This document shows positions 36,034 to 46,514 of a stretch of 57,246 nucleotides of DNA, piece after piece (position 1 is the stretch's first letter; every line of letters begins with the position of its first letter). The stretch spans positions 1 to 57,246 of the IMG/VR virus record IMGVR_UViG_3300025600_000330. One strand, given 5' to 3'. The stretch comes from a virus. Its lineage: Duplodnaviria; Caudoviricetes. The position numbers and the translations under genes were made by a program. The notes under the pieces are model-generated. The model was not told where the DNA came from and made no database searches. It saw only the letters and a list, made by a program, of their open reading frames with translations.

Positions 36034-36471
36034 ATGATTGTCGATCAGACTGGCGGTGCAGCCGCCTGCTTCCCCTACAACGGCAAAGACAAGCACTTTG
36101 TCACCCGCCCCATCACCGTCACCCTCACCCCTGACCGCGTCACTGGGGATGTCATCAAGGCTATTCCTGTGAAGAAGGGCTGGCTGGTTAAGGGCGTCAT
36201 CTCCAAGACCGTGCAGGCTGCGGCTGGTGCAGCCGTCGTCACCCTTAACGCTGGCGTTACCGGCGGCGACGTGGACGGGTTCGATGTCCTCGACGGTCTG
36301 TCCGTTGCAGGCACCGTCAAGCAGTCCATCCCGGCAGACGGCTACCCCGCTCTCGGCGGGTTCATGGTTACCGCAGACGGCACCATCGACATCCTCTGCG
36401 CCACCATTACCGGCGTGATCACCACCCCGGCGATCTTCACCGTGCAGGCCGAAGTACTGGTCACCGACTAA
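36034..36471 (+). CDS. putative capsid decoration/cement protein
   Basis: Beta-rich 145 aa directly after the capsid gene; GGAGG RBS. Confidence 0.6.
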   Translation: MIVDQTGGAAACFPYNGKDKHFVTRPITVTLTPDRVTGDVIKAIPVKKGWLVKGVISKTVQAAAGAAVVTLNAGVTGGDVDGFDVLDGLSVAGTVKQSIPADGYPALGGFMVTADGTIDILCATITGVITTPAIFTVQAEVLVTD

Positions 36472-36485
36472 AAAGGAGTTCCATC

Positions 36486-36731
36486 ATGGCACATCGTATG
36501 GGTCAGGCCACCATCGACGAACTTACGCTGGCGGGTCAGAAGAATGCGGACGGAGTCAAAGTTCTCATTCTCGATGAACTGGGCAAGGTTCTCGATGCCA
36601 CTGGCACCATCGCTGCTCCGGTCTCCAAGCCGGGGTATGCGGTCGGGTGCTTCTACCGGGGTTCCGGGGTTCTCTACATCAACAAAGGCACCACCCTGCT
36701 CTGCAACTTCACGGCAGTGACGGTAGCCTAA
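36486..36731 (+). CDS. small virion protein
   Basis: GYAVGCFY...LYINKGT. Confidence 0.6.
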   Translation: MAHRMGQATIDELTLAGQKNADGVKVLILDELGKVLDATGTIAAPVSKPGYAVGCFYRGSGVLYINKGTTLLCNFTAVTVA

Positions 36732-36742
36732 TCGTAACGGAT

Positions 36743-36766
36743 GGCGGGGGCAACCCCGCCTTCTTT
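36743..36766 (+). terminator. intrinsic terminator
   Basis: GGCGGGG-GCAA-CCCCGCC-TTCTTT. Confidence 0.7.
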
Positions 36767-36779
36767 CAAGGAGCGCCAG

Positions 36780-37064
36780 ATGGGAAGAAATATCCAGCAG
36801 AGACTGTACAATGACCCGCCCCCGCAGACGGTACTTTCCGGGGCGGTGAGCGCCTCGCTGAAGTTTGCCGAGATTTTCATTCAGGCGACAGCGGACTGCT
36901 TTTACTGCATCAGCCCCACGGGCGCAGGAACGGACGGTAATCCTGTCGGCCCGACCAACGGTCACTTCATGCCTGCGGGAGGGTCTGCAGCCTTTTCTGG
37001 GCTGAATTCCGCGCATAAGCTTGGCGTATCAGGCGGCACGATGTACATCTCGGCGTGGGGGTAA
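36780..37064 (+). CDS. small virion protein
   Basis: AAGGAG RBS. Confidence 0.6.
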   Translation: MGRNIQQRLYNDPPPQTVLSGAVSASLKFAEIFIQATADCFYCISPTGAGTDGNPVGPTNGHFMPAGGSAAFSGLNSAHKLGVSGGTMYISAWG

Positions 37065-37065
37065 T

Positions 37066-39078
37066 ATGGGATTCGGACTTGCAAGCTTCGGTCTCGGAGG
37101 CGGGGCGGGGCTGTCGTCCGGGTTACCCGCCTCCCCCATCACCGACCTGTTCAACGGCTTCGATGCTCGTGGCACGTTCGTCGGCGGTCCTACCCAGGCA
37201 CTCGACAACCTCGGCGTGCTCCAGACCTCCCCTGCTGGTGTGCTGCCATTGCAGGGTGGAAGGTTGAGCTATTCCCTGGCCGAGGGTGCTACGCTTGGTC
37301 CTGAACTGGTGGTTAATGGTGGGTTTGATACATCACTCGCAGGGTGGGTAATCTCAAACTCTTCTGCACAAACTGTTGAGTGGGTAGCAGGCAAATTGCA
37401 CATTGTATCAAATGGTGCAGCAACTGATATAGATCAATCCATTGTAGGTATTGGCAAGACATATCAGGTAGGAGTCACTGGTTGGAACAATGTTTCTGGT
37501 GTTGGTAAAATCCAGCTAGGTGCTGCTGGCACATCATATAACCCCCCCAATGGTGATTCTGTCTCTGTACACACTAACACTGGCTCATCTCCAATTTTTT
37601 ATGTGGCGAGGGAAGCAGCTTGTGAGTTCTATGTGGATGGCATCTCAGTCAAAGAAGTCATCCCCATCTGGCTTCCTACAGCTGCCAATGGCTCCCCCCT
37701 CTGGCCCTCACAATCAATCAGAACCCGCAAGGGAAATGTGCAGAAGTACCCAAGTGAAGCTTCTGCCACCAACCTGTTCCTCAAAAGTAGTCTCTTTGGT
37801 GATGCTGTTGGGTGGATCAGAACACGGGCTGTGATTACCCCGGCAGCAGCCATTGCCCCAGATGGCACCCTTACAGCCCAGAAGATCACCAGTGATGGCA
37901 CAGGTTCCGGGTATGCCTACCAGTCCATCCCCTTTACTGCTGGGCAAGCATATACCTTGTCTGTGTATGTCAAACCAATAAGCACACCCTACGTGAATCT
38001 GACCTCCTTCACACAATCAGGGCTTGCTTCATTTACCCTCACAGGGGCAGGGACCATTGGAGCACTGTCAGGGATAGCTACAGGGTCCACATTGATAGCA
38101 CTCCCTAATGGGTGGTACAGGTGTACTGCCACATTTGTAGCAAATGCCACAGCATCCAATAACATCGGTGCTCCAGTTGGTACTTACAATGGTGATATGT
38201 TCTACGTCTGGGGCGCACAGTTGGAAACTGGGGTTTTTGCATCCTCCTATATTCCGACTGACACAGTAGCAGTCACCAGACCGGCATCCATCCTTGGCTA
38301 TCTGAATGAACCGGCGAGGACGAACATCTTATGGAACTCTGCTAGTGGGATGGGTGACACTTTCGCTGTATCAGCACAGACGTACACCCTAAGCATGATT
38401 GGCAGCGGTTCAATAACACTCTCTGGTGTGGCAGTAGGAGTTGCTACAGCTTCGGCACCACTTACATTCACACCGCCAGCCGGTACGCTTACACTGACTC
38501 CCGCAGGGTCGGTGCTGCACAAGCAGTTGGAGGTCGGAGCATTCAAAACTTCTCCAATCGTCACCCTTGCGGCACCCGCCACCCGCCCTGCCAGCAACTA
38601 CACCCGCCTGACAGCAGGGGGGTTGCGGGGGAATGACTTTGGGGTATGGGGAAGGGTAATTCCGAGCGCCGGGGGGCAAGGCCCAGTATATGTGTTTGGT
38701 GCCGCCGTGGACGGGGCTAATACATCAGGTATCGCTGTAACTGCCACCCAAATTACATTTAACAAGTACATCTCTGGTGTTAATCAAGGGGGTGCGGCTG
38801 TTATGTACAGCCACACAACTATACCCTTTGAATATTTATTTTATCAGTCCTCTGTGTACGGCTGGGGTCTGAAGATAAAGCAGGATGGTGGTGCATGGGT
38901 GCCTTGGCAGGTAAAAAGTGATGATAGCGGGAAACTCCCCCTACCATTACCAAGTATGTTTCAGATCGGTGGTCGTGGTGGGATACTTCAGATGTCAGGC
39001 AATTTCCCATTCACCCTGATCCTTCAGTCAATGGACCCAAAAGCCGAACTTGAGAAACTGGCAGCGAAGTACCCGTGA
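37066..39078 (+). CDS. head/tail fibre with carbohydrate-binding modules
   Basis: ELVVNGGFD CBM-like start; NGWYRC; WGAQLETG..ASSYIPT..AVTR spike motif twice. Confidence 0.75.
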   Translation: MGFGLASFGLGGGAGLSSGLPASPITDLFNGFDARGTFVGGPTQALDNLGVLQTSPAGVLPLQGGRLSYSLAEGATLGPELVVNGGFDTSLAGWVISNSSAQTVEWVAGKLHIVSNGAATDIDQSIVGIGKTYQVGVTGWNNVSGVGKIQLGAAGTSYNPPNGDSVSVHTNTGSSPIFYVAREAACEFYVDGISVKEVIPIWLPTAANGSPLWPSQSIRTRKGNVQKYPSEASATNLFLKSSLFGDAVGWIRTRAVITPAAAIAPDGTLTAQKITSDGTGSGYAYQSIPFTAGQAYTLSVYVKPISTPYVNLTSFTQSGLASFTLTGAGTIGALSGIATGSTLIALPNGWYRCTATFVANATASNNIGAPVGTYNGDMFYVWGAQLETGVFASSYIPTDTVAVTRPASILGYLNEPARTNILWNSASGMGDTFAVSAQTYTLSMIGSGSITLSGVAVGVATASAPLTFTPPAGTLTLTPAGSVLHKQLEVGAFKTSPIVTLAAPATRPASNYTRLTAGGLRGNDFGVWGRVIPSAGGQGPVYVFGAAVDGANTSGIAVTATQITFNKYISGVNQGGAAVMYSHTTIPFEYLFYQSSVYGWGLKIKQDGGAWVPWQVKSDDSGKLPLPLPSMFQIGGRGGILQMSGNFPFTLILQSMDPKAELEKLAAKYP

Positions 39079-39293
39079 GGCTCGGCACTGGCACAGGGAA
39101 GGGCATGCCAAACCTGACACTGAGCATGTTGCTGATGCTCGGACGGTGCAGCAAATGCCAGTTTGAGGTGTGCCAAGTCCCTTGCCCTTATCCCGGCAGG
39201 GAAGCGGCGAGCAGGGCATGCAGGGAGTGCCGAGCGGTAACGGGCGAATGTCCGAATGCAGGATGCAAGATGGCAATCATTCATTCGGAATGA
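39075..39293 (+). CDS. Cys-rich hypothetical protein
   Basis: GTGA overlap; 8 Cys. Confidence 0.4.
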   Translation: MRLGTGTGKGMPNLTLSMLLMLGRCSKCQFEVCQVPCPYPGREAASRACRECRAVTGECPNAGCKMAIIHSE

Positions 39294-39371
39294 ATTTGCA
39301 TTGCGATTGTCAAGGGAAAAGTGTATAACGGAATTTGTTTCCGCACACCACTCGTAGCAAGGGAGAATTAT

Positions 39372-39704
39372 ATGAACGTGAAATACCTCAAGAAAAAGGG
39401 CGATCCAGACAGTATCTACCACGTCCACACCGAAGGTCTGGCCGAGCGTGCCGACATGGAACCGTTCGTACCGGCATCAGAGAAGGTGGAAAGCGTCCTG
39501 CTCCAGAATGCTGACGCCCCGGTCGAGTCTGGTCGTCTGGCTGCGATCAAGAATGCCATCTCCCTGATCCCCGTCGAGAACTACGGCAAAGCTGCCGGTG
39601 GTCGTCCCTCTATGCCGAGAGTCGCTGACGTGTCCGAGATCATGAAGTCCAAGGTCAGCGTTGACGAGATCGTTGCCGCCATGACCGCCACCGAAGAGGT
39701 CTAA
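39372..39704 (+). CDS. hypothetical virion-associated protein
   Basis: GGGAG RBS; own promoter. Confidence 0.6.
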   Translation: MNVKYLKKKGDPDSIYHVHTEGLAERADMEPFVPASEKVESVLLQNADAPVESGRLAAIKNAISLIPVENYGKAAGGRPSMPRVADVSEIMKSKVSVDEIVAAMTATEEV

Positions 39705-39706
39705 TC

Positions 39707-40435
39707 ATGAACGCAGCGGAACTGCTGGAAGCGGTCAGAGCAAGGCTTGACGACTCGATAGGTGGTCCCACGGATAAGCTCTGGAGCGACACCGAAATCA
39801 TCCGCGACTACGCCAACCCCGTGCGTAACCGGATGTTCCTCGCCTGCCGCAGGATGATCACCGACTCGTCAACTGCCTCCGACCTCTCGACAGTTCCGCT
39901 GCCTCTGTGCGGCATAGTCCTTAAAGCGGGGGTTGCCAGTTACGACCTTTCCCCCCGGATCATCCGCATCACCCGGATGAAGCTGGTCTCGCAGCGGGAT
40001 CCACTGGTCGAGATCTCCGCTACCGACCTCGACGCGAGATACCCCGGCTGGGAGGAGTACCCGCCGGGAAAACCTTGGGGGTTCTGCCTCGACCTCGATA
40101 CCGACGCGGTGACCTTCATTCCTGCCCCGCTTGCCGACGATGCCGCCCGACTGAGCGTCTTCAGGCATCCTCTCAAGCCGATTGCGCTGCCTGCGGTTGG
40201 CGACGTGTCCGCGCAGCCCGATCTGGGATTCCGAGAGGAGTATCATGCCGACCTGATCCCCGGCATCCTTGAGATGGCGTTCAGCAAAAAGGACAGTCAG
40301 ACCGACTCCCCGGCGCTGTCTGCACTGGAGGGCAAGCGGTTCGCAGCGAGGGTCGAGGACATCAGGCTGGAACTCCAGAAGCGCACGGCAACCACCCACA
40401 CCAATAAGCCGCGCAAGGCGTTCAGTAACCGATAA
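39707..40435 (+). CDS. head-tail adaptor
   Basis: LLEAVRARLDD...LWSDTEI; AFSKKDSQT. Confidence 0.65.
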   Translation: MNAAELLEAVRARLDDSIGGPTDKLWSDTEIIRDYANPVRNRMFLACRRMITDSSTASDLSTVPLPLCGIVLKAGVASYDLSPRIIRITRMKLVSQRDPLVEISATDLDARYPGWEEYPPGKPWGFCLDLDTDAVTFIPAPLADDAARLSVFRHPLKPIALPAVGDVSAQPDLGFREEYHADLIPGILEMAFSKKDSQTDSPALSALEGKRFAARVEDIRLELQKRTATTHTNKPRKAFSNR

Positions 40436-40446
40436 CCGGGGAAACC

Positions 40447-41844
40447 ATGTCCACTACCAAGAATGCAGTCCTATTCAGGAAGTGTCTCGGACTCAACGAT
40501 CTACGCTCCATGGAGACGCAGATCATGAAAGTCGATGGGCGCGATCCCGAAGCTGGGTCCGTTGAGCTGATCGGCTGCATGAACCTCACCACAACGGCTG
40601 ACGGTCGGCTAGAGAAGATCGCAGCGTACGTCCCGGCGCTGACCCACACGTCCCCCATTACCGGCATCTCGGCTGGTGGCCGGTTTCTGTTTCAGGACGG
40701 AGTCGATACGCGGGAGTGGCTGGGCGGCACCACGGTCATCAACCGACTCCCCCTCACGGATGGCCCAGTGGCGCATACCCCCATCGACTGCCGCGTGTCC
40801 GGTGTAACTACGGTCTACAAGAGCGCCAACGGTTCCCCTGTGATGCAACAGGCAACGGTTGGCGTCAACTCGACCCCCTCTAAGCGGGTTCTGGCGGCAC
40901 AACCGGCGTTCGACCATGCCTTCGTCTACAATGCCAAGCTCTACGCGGTGAACCATGCCGATCCCCGGTTCCTCCAGTACTCCGAAGACAACGGGTACGA
41001 CCTGTGGAGCTACGGTGACGGCTTTATTGGTCATGCTGACCCTATCCTTCAGGCTGGGTCCATCGGCACGGTAGGGAAAGCGCCGATGATGTCTTCTGGC
41101 TGCATACTGCTCACCCATCACAATGGGGTTACCGTCCACATCGGTTCTGGTCCCGGCGACTTCGTCAAGAAGTTTTACCCCTGCAAAGTCATAGACGGCA
41201 CGCTCTACTCCGGATATGTCAGCAAGGCGATCAGCTTCGGGCATGTTTTCCTGTGTGCCGATGGCGTTTACATGGTGACGCCTGACGGGACAATGTCAAA
41301 CCTCACCCCGAATACTGCAAACTATCTCGGCCTGCTGAACGCGTCCTACGCCTGTGCGACCGTACACGATGGAAAGTACCTCGCTTTCGGGACCACCCTT
41401 TGCGTCGAGTACGATTTCAGGACCAAGGGATGGCTAAAAAGGGCAAGTTTCGGGGTTAAGGCGGCAACCGTATGGCACGGGCAGAACTACTACGCTACGG
41501 GGTCTACAGTGTCGTCTCTCGGTACGGAGGTTGACAACACCGGCAACTTCGGAGTCAGCCTGACTCTTCCCTTCTCAGACATGGGCGCTCCCGGTATCAA
41601 GTCGGTCACAGAACTCTACTTTTCGGGAGAGATCGCCGTCGGTGCGACCATCACCGCCACGGACAACACGGGGCGCTTCTGGTCGTTGGCGGTCCCAGCC
41701 CTTGGCAAGGTTACCAACCGGCGCATCAAGACTCCCCACGGGAAACTGGGGAACCACATCTCCATCAAGATCGACTGCCCTGCTGGTGCCTTCCGGATAG
41801 AAGAACTCCGAGGAGTCTTCGCTGCATCCGACGTGAGCGGCTGA
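40447..41844 (+). CDS. tail nozzle/stabilisation-like protein
   Basis: GLND N-terminus, beta-propeller-like composition, position after the adaptor. Confidence 0.6.
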   Translation: MSTTKNAVLFRKCLGLNDLRSMETQIMKVDGRDPEAGSVELIGCMNLTTTADGRLEKIAAYVPALTHTSPITGISAGGRFLFQDGVDTREWLGGTTVINRLPLTDGPVAHTPIDCRVSGVTTVYKSANGSPVMQQATVGVNSTPSKRVLAAQPAFDHAFVYNAKLYAVNHADPRFLQYSEDNGYDLWSYGDGFIGHADPILQAGSIGTVGKAPMMSSGCILLTHHNGVTVHIGSGPGDFVKKFYPCKVIDGTLYSGYVSKAISFGHVFLCADGVYMVTPDGTMSNLTPNTANYLGLLNASYACATVHDGKYLAFGTTLCVEYDFRTKGWLKRASFGVKAATVWHGQNYYATGSTVSSLGTEVDNTGNFGVSLTLPFSDMGAPGIKSVTELYFSGEIAVGATITATDNTGRFWSLAVPALGKVTNRRIKTPHGKLGNHISIKIDCPAGAFRIEELRGVFAASDVSG

Positions 41845-44480
41845 TGGACGCTCCTTCATTCCCGGTGCTGCGGCAGGCTGATGCCGACAACGGTGCTTAC
41901 CGGGGCATCGCTATGGCGCAGATGCGGATCCTCGCTGCCTACATGAAGCTGGCTCGGCTGGACGTGTCCTCGCGGACGATGTCCCTCGCGAACGGCGTAG
42001 TGATCACCTGTCGTAAGTGCTTCGGTCGCGAAGACGTGTTCATTGATATCCCCGACGCCATCAGCGCCGTCTCGAGGTACTTTGAACGGCGCTTCGCAGG
42101 GATCGTTCTGCATCCGAGGTCGGGAGGCGTGCAGCCTCTCACCTACAGGGTAGTGTCCAAGGACGCGTTCGGTATGATGCTGACATCCTACCACACGCTC
42201 AACGGGGTGGCGGGTGGGTGGCAGGGTGGCAGGGACGCATTGACCACGAAATACATATTCCCTCTGGTTGACGCCGATGATGCCAGTTTCTGCACTGGCT
42301 TAGAAACGGTGGACGCCTACGAGGGGGGTGCCATCGTTGGGTCCGAAGCGCCCAAGAGGGTGAGTCGGTTCGTATCCCCCGGAGCGTACGGGAACCTGTA
42401 CTGGCACAACGATGCCGCATGGGACAACTCCGCTGGCAAGTTCGACCACCCCCTCGTCTGCTATTCGTGGAAGGGAACACCGACCCGCCACGGCAGACTC
42501 CCCTCTGACACTGAGATACCGGGGTTGTCCATCGTGGAGCGGGTGGCGGTTTCGGGCATCTACGATGATATCCCGGACTTCACCGCGTTTGGCACCGCGC
42601 TCTACCAAGGCGGCAGGGTTGCGCTTTCTGCCCCCAGATTTTCATGGCCGATGGGCGCACCACAGGACCGATGCCTCGTCCTTGGCATGACGCGGGACGC
42701 GGACGGCGCGATCTTTATCGTGACCCATGATGATCACTACTCGGCCCCCGGATTTGCTTGGTACTTTTCGGACGGGGCGACAAGGTTTGGCGCGACTGAC
42801 CTCGTCGCCTCTGACTACCTTGCTGCGGTCAACAACATCCCAACCCCTCCGGTTCCGAAAATCCGGATCACAAAGAAGATATCCCTGACGAAAGGGGGCT
42901 TCTGGTTGGGCGTCTGGAGCAGTAGGTTCTCGGCGGGGGACCAGTTCCGCTCGGACGGGTGGGAGTTGGTGGCTGAACACGCGTACGGTCGCAACGGACT
43001 CCCTTGGTTCGGCAACGCCAGCGGCACGGAGTTAGTCTGCAGTAACGGCGACAGGCTCAGTCTGCCGTCAGGTGCCTTGGCGGTGCAGGGACCGCACGGA
43101 TCCGGTGAGTATGCCGAGTCCCATGACTCCGTGTATGTCCATGGAATCCATTCAAAATACAAGGGCAGTGGGTTTTTAGCCGAATATGCTGGAGATGCGC
43201 TGAAGGGCATGGCGACAGCATTTGAGTTTGAGTGGAAAGACTTAGTAAGGTCAGGGAAATGGGTTTCCAGTATGGTCGAGGGTCCGTATAGCAATTATGG
43301 AGGAAACCATTCTCCTACCTACTATACCCAATCGTCAGAAGAAACTTGGCTCGTAAACCAATTCTGTGCAGCATTGTCTCCGTCCCCCATATATGCACCA
43401 CCCGGAGAACATGACTGCACTGACACCCTCCCCGGATACGTCGCCACCCCCTGCCTCGCGACCGACTATCTGGGATACTTCCCCAACCAGCCGGGAGAAA
43501 TGCGAGTTACATTGGTAAGCAAAACCCGATCTGACTGGGTTGGCGACTTACCCGGAGAGCATCATGATATCCACACAAACTACACGGCAACGCTTTGCGG
43601 CGTGACCATCCCCATCGTGCGGACAGACAGAGTATGGGTCGCGCAATACGATCCGCACTCCAAACTCGACCCGAATGCCCCTCTCTTCCTTAACGTGAAG
43701 GAGGATTGCGTAATAGAGAAATCTACGATCCACTACGTTGACCACCGATACGGCGTCTGCCTGTACCGCTACCAGAAAGATGAAATACACATGGAGGTAA
43801 ACAGCACGCAAACTGTCGTGATGAATGAATACGGGTGGTGGGGAAGGGCGAGGGTGGCAAACATAACGGATAAGTCCTACAAGGCGCAGAGTACAGAGGA
43901 ATGGCACCTTGTGATCGACGGCGAGGACAGGATCCTGACCTCCTGCAAGCGACTGCTCCAGCCGTTCGGGTCGCCCAACGGGACGAAGCTGGACAGGGGT
44001 ACTTGCCTGTTACTGGTGATCCCCACCCCATCCTCGTCGGCTGGCACGACTGCCCCGGATGCGGATAACGTCTCCCGATTGGGGTGCTATGAGTACGAAT
44101 ACGTCCCCTATTCCGAGCAGGAAGTGTCCGATGGCGGTAACGACCACTTTTACCCTGCATGGTGCAGGAGCTTGCAGGAAGACCCGTTTTGGAAGGCGGC
44201 GGCGGCTAGAAAATATTCAAACTGGTGGGACCACGCCGATCCGTTGGTAGGCACTCAGGGGTACGAACCACCCCCGGTGACGGTCGAACCCCTGCCGCTC
44301 GGTTCGTTTGTCCGACATCCAGCCCTTGGGGATATGTACCAGTTTTTGTTCACAAAGATGGATGGACAGAATTTTGTTGTGACATCGGGCAACTTGAATC
44401 CTGAGATCGATAAATGCCTTGCCTCTGCCAATGTGGCAACTCACGATACTACGCTTTACTTTCCGCTGTCACTCATGTAG
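41844..44480 (+). CDS. large virion structural protein
   Basis: 878 aa, TGATG overlap, aromatic/beta-rich. Confidence 0.6.
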   Translation: MDAPSFPVLRQADADNGAYRGIAMAQMRILAAYMKLARLDVSSRTMSLANGVVITCRKCFGREDVFIDIPDAISAVSRYFERRFAGIVLHPRSGGVQPLTYRVVSKDAFGMMLTSYHTLNGVAGGWQGGRDALTTKYIFPLVDADDASFCTGLETVDAYEGGAIVGSEAPKRVSRFVSPGAYGNLYWHNDAAWDNSAGKFDHPLVCYSWKGTPTRHGRLPSDTEIPGLSIVERVAVSGIYDDIPDFTAFGTALYQGGRVALSAPRFSWPMGAPQDRCLVLGMTRDADGAIFIVTHDDHYSAPGFAWYFSDGATRFGATDLVASDYLAAVNNIPTPPVPKIRITKKISLTKGGFWLGVWSSRFSAGDQFRSDGWELVAEHAYGRNGLPWFGNASGTELVCSNGDRLSLPSGALAVQGPHGSGEYAESHDSVYVHGIHSKYKGSGFLAEYAGDALKGMATAFEFEWKDLVRSGKWVSSMVEGPYSNYGGNHSPTYYTQSSEETWLVNQFCAALSPSPIYAPPGEHDCTDTLPGYVATPCLATDYLGYFPNQPGEMRVTLVSKTRSDWVGDLPGEHHDIHTNYTATLCGVTIPIVRTDRVWVAQYDPHSKLDPNAPLFLNVKEDCVIEKSTIHYVDHRYGVCLYRYQKDEIHMEVNSTQTVVMNEYGWWGRARVANITDKSYKAQSTEEWHLVIDGEDRILTSCKRLLQPFGSPNGTKLDRGTCLLLVIPTPSSSAGTTAPDADNVSRLGCYEYEYVPYSEQEVSDGGNDHFYPAWCRSLQEDPFWKAAAARKYSNWWDHADPLVGTQGYEPPPVTVEPLPLGSFVRHPALGDMYQFLFTKMDGQNFVVTSGNLNPEIDKCLASANVATHDTTLYFPLSLM

Positions 44481-44491
44481 GATGAATATTC

Positions 44492-44653
44492 ATGCCAATA
44501 GAAATGCCAGACATCACCAAAGGCCCGAAAGATGTAGATTTGAGTGAGTATACGGAAGAACTTGAGTCGATCCTGCTGCGGGATGGGCGGGTGGTTCAGC
44601 GAAAGACCTACAGGCTGATACCGAAAGACTGCATCGTAACAGGAGGATCCTAG
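44492..44653 (+). CDS. small hypothetical protein
   Basis: MPIEMPDITKG...; fills the gap. Confidence 0.45.
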   Translation: MPIEMPDITKGPKDVDLSEYTEELESILLRDGRVVQRKTYRLIPKDCIVTGGS

Positions 44654-44654
44654 C

Positions 44655-45068
44655 ATGGACATCGTGACTTATGACTTGGGGGCGCTGCAGATATTGAAGA
44701 AATATCTGGCAAGCACGGAACTAATCGTGCTGCTGTTTACCAATGACATTGTCCCTACGCCGGACGATACGATTTTGTCCCTTGCGGAGGCAACGGGAGG
44801 CGGGTACGCACGCAAGGTTCTCGCTCCGTCCGGTTGGGTCTGCTCCATCGACGCTGATGGTATCCCGCAGGGGCGACACACGCAGCAGAACTTTACGTTC
44901 AACGGGCAACTCGCTGGCAACCCGGCAGTCTACGGGTATTGCCTCATCGACTCTGACAATATAGCGATCTACGCGCAACGCTCGCCAGAGTCGTACTCCC
45001 CGGCACTGGACGGCGATGCAGTGCTGATCGTGCCGACATACAGACTGAGCAACGGCACGCCCACCTAA
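44655..45068 (+). CDS. tail protein
   Basis: LLFTNDIVP...EATGGGYAR...VYGYCL. Confidence 0.65.
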   Translation: MDIVTYDLGALQILKKYLASTELIVLLFTNDIVPTPDDTILSLAEATGGGYARKVLAPSGWVCSIDADGIPQGRHTQQNFTFNGQLAGNPAVYGYCLIDSDNIAIYAQRSPESYSPALDGDAVLIVPTYRLSNGTPT

Positions 45069-45080
45069 AGGAGATGGACT

Positions 45081-45479
45081 ATGGCATGGACAGCTAAATC
45101 GGCATTGACAGGACTGGGCGTGACGCTATCCGAGGTCAACAACGCGAATACCGACTATGTGGCTACGAACCACTTCTCTGGCTGGGTCACGCTCAACCCC
45201 GGTGAGACTGCCGATGTCCAGATTTCCGTAGACTTCGGAGCTACGGGCGGCGACATGTTCGCCCGAATCGTGACAACGCTGGACGATGCCGCAGAGGTCG
45301 CGGACTCGCATCCGCACGGCATAACCACCGTGCCGCTTCTGCCCTCCTCCACGGTGGTCCGGTCTATTCTCGTCACCGGGGTCTACAAGTTTCGGCTTGA
45401 GGTGCGTAAATTTGGCACCACGGCAGGCGCTTACACCCCTTCGGCCAGCATCCGCAAGAACGGGGTCAACATCATATGA
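45081..45479 (+). CDS. virion protein
   Basis: AAGGAG RBS, beta-rich. Confidence 0.6.
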   Translation: MAWTAKSALTGLGVTLSEVNNANTDYVATNHFSGWVTLNPGETADVQISVDFGATGGDMFARIVTTLDDAAEVADSHPHGITTVPLLPSSTVVRSILVTGVYKFRLEVRKFGTTAGAYTPSASIRKNGVNII

Positions 45480-46513
45480 TCTCCTACCTGCAAAGGGTGG
45501 ACAGGACGGCGCAGCCGCCAGCCGCGACCCCTCTCAGGGCAGATCGGCATTGGAGTACCGATGGGTTGGTGGCGTGCTGGCCTTTCAATGACGGCGCTGG
45601 CAGTGTCGCGGTGGGTCTCCCCGGTCCCAAAGTTACCCCGGACAGGGACATCACCGCCGCTGTTACTGGGCTGGCTGCGTACAGGGACAACGCAGCGGAC
45701 TTCACTTTTTGCGGCAACAGTTATAACTCCACAGGCAAGCTTGCCACGAACATCGTCGTAGACCCAACGGAATTTTCCGTTGTCATTCGGTTTAGGAAAA
45801 AGACTCTTCCAATGGCCCAATACTGGTCTGCCATTTTTGCCACGGAAATAACCACAGAGAACCAGCTTTCGCCGCAACTCGCGTTTACTGACCAAGGTAA
45901 CTTGATGTGGAAATTCGCCAATTTGTTCCAGTCAACTGGTGGGGTTTGGGGCGCATCTTATGCCAAGGTAGTCCCCTCCTGCAATTTTTGCGATGGCGCA
46001 TGGCATACTGCGGTTGCCACGTTTAAACGCGATGCCGGGACATGGCGCTCTACTGCATGGTGCGAGGGGAGCGTCGAAACCGATGGCGGTACGATCAACC
46101 AGACCATGCCAGCCGTAAATATACGGTTCGGCGGCAGCTTTCATGCTCCGTGGAACATGGCAGAGTACAGTGGGTTTGACGGAGAGCTAGGTCTTATCGC
46201 CTACTACAACCGGGAACTGAACACGAACGAGTGCGCCATGATGGCGGCAAATCCTTTTCAGCTATTTGAACCTGCAGTTCTCATTCACAACAGGTTCCCG
46301 ACTTCGTACACCGTCCTCGCGTCTGGGGGGGCGGTCGCCGGGGGCAACGTGCGCTGGCCTATGCGTATCACCCCCACAGGAGGTGCCGTAGCTGCCCCCA
46401 AAGGCGAGATAGGTCTCGTCATGCGCGGAAACCGGGGGGTAGTCCTCACCGCCACTCCGGTCAAGTTTAACATGACCCCAACGACTAAACGATTCACCAT
46501 GACCGAGGTCTGA
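45476..46513 (+). CDS. LamG/ConA-like domain tail protein
   Basis: GLVACWPFNDGAG, DGAWHTAVAT, FDGELGLIAYYNREL. Confidence 0.75.
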   Translation: MISYLQRVDRTAQPPAATPLRADRHWSTDGLVACWPFNDGAGSVAVGLPGPKVTPDRDITAAVTGLAAYRDNAADFTFCGNSYNSTGKLATNIVVDPTEFSVVIRFRKKTLPMAQYWSAIFATEITTENQLSPQLAFTDQGNLMWKFANLFQSTGGVWGASYAKVVPSCNFCDGAWHTAVATFKRDAGTWRSTAWCEGSVETDGGTINQTMPAVNIRFGGSFHAPWNMAEYSGFDGELGLIAYYNRELNTNECAMMAANPFQLFEPAVLIHNRFPTSYTVLASGGAVAGGNVRWPMRITPTGGAVAAPKGEIGLVMRGNRGVVLTATPVKFNMTPTTKRFTMTEV

Positions 46514-46514
46514 C

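Noticed and set aside
37066-46513. Diversity-generating retroelement or invertible tail-fibre system
   Set aside because: No reverse transcriptase, invertase or TR/VR pair seen in the window
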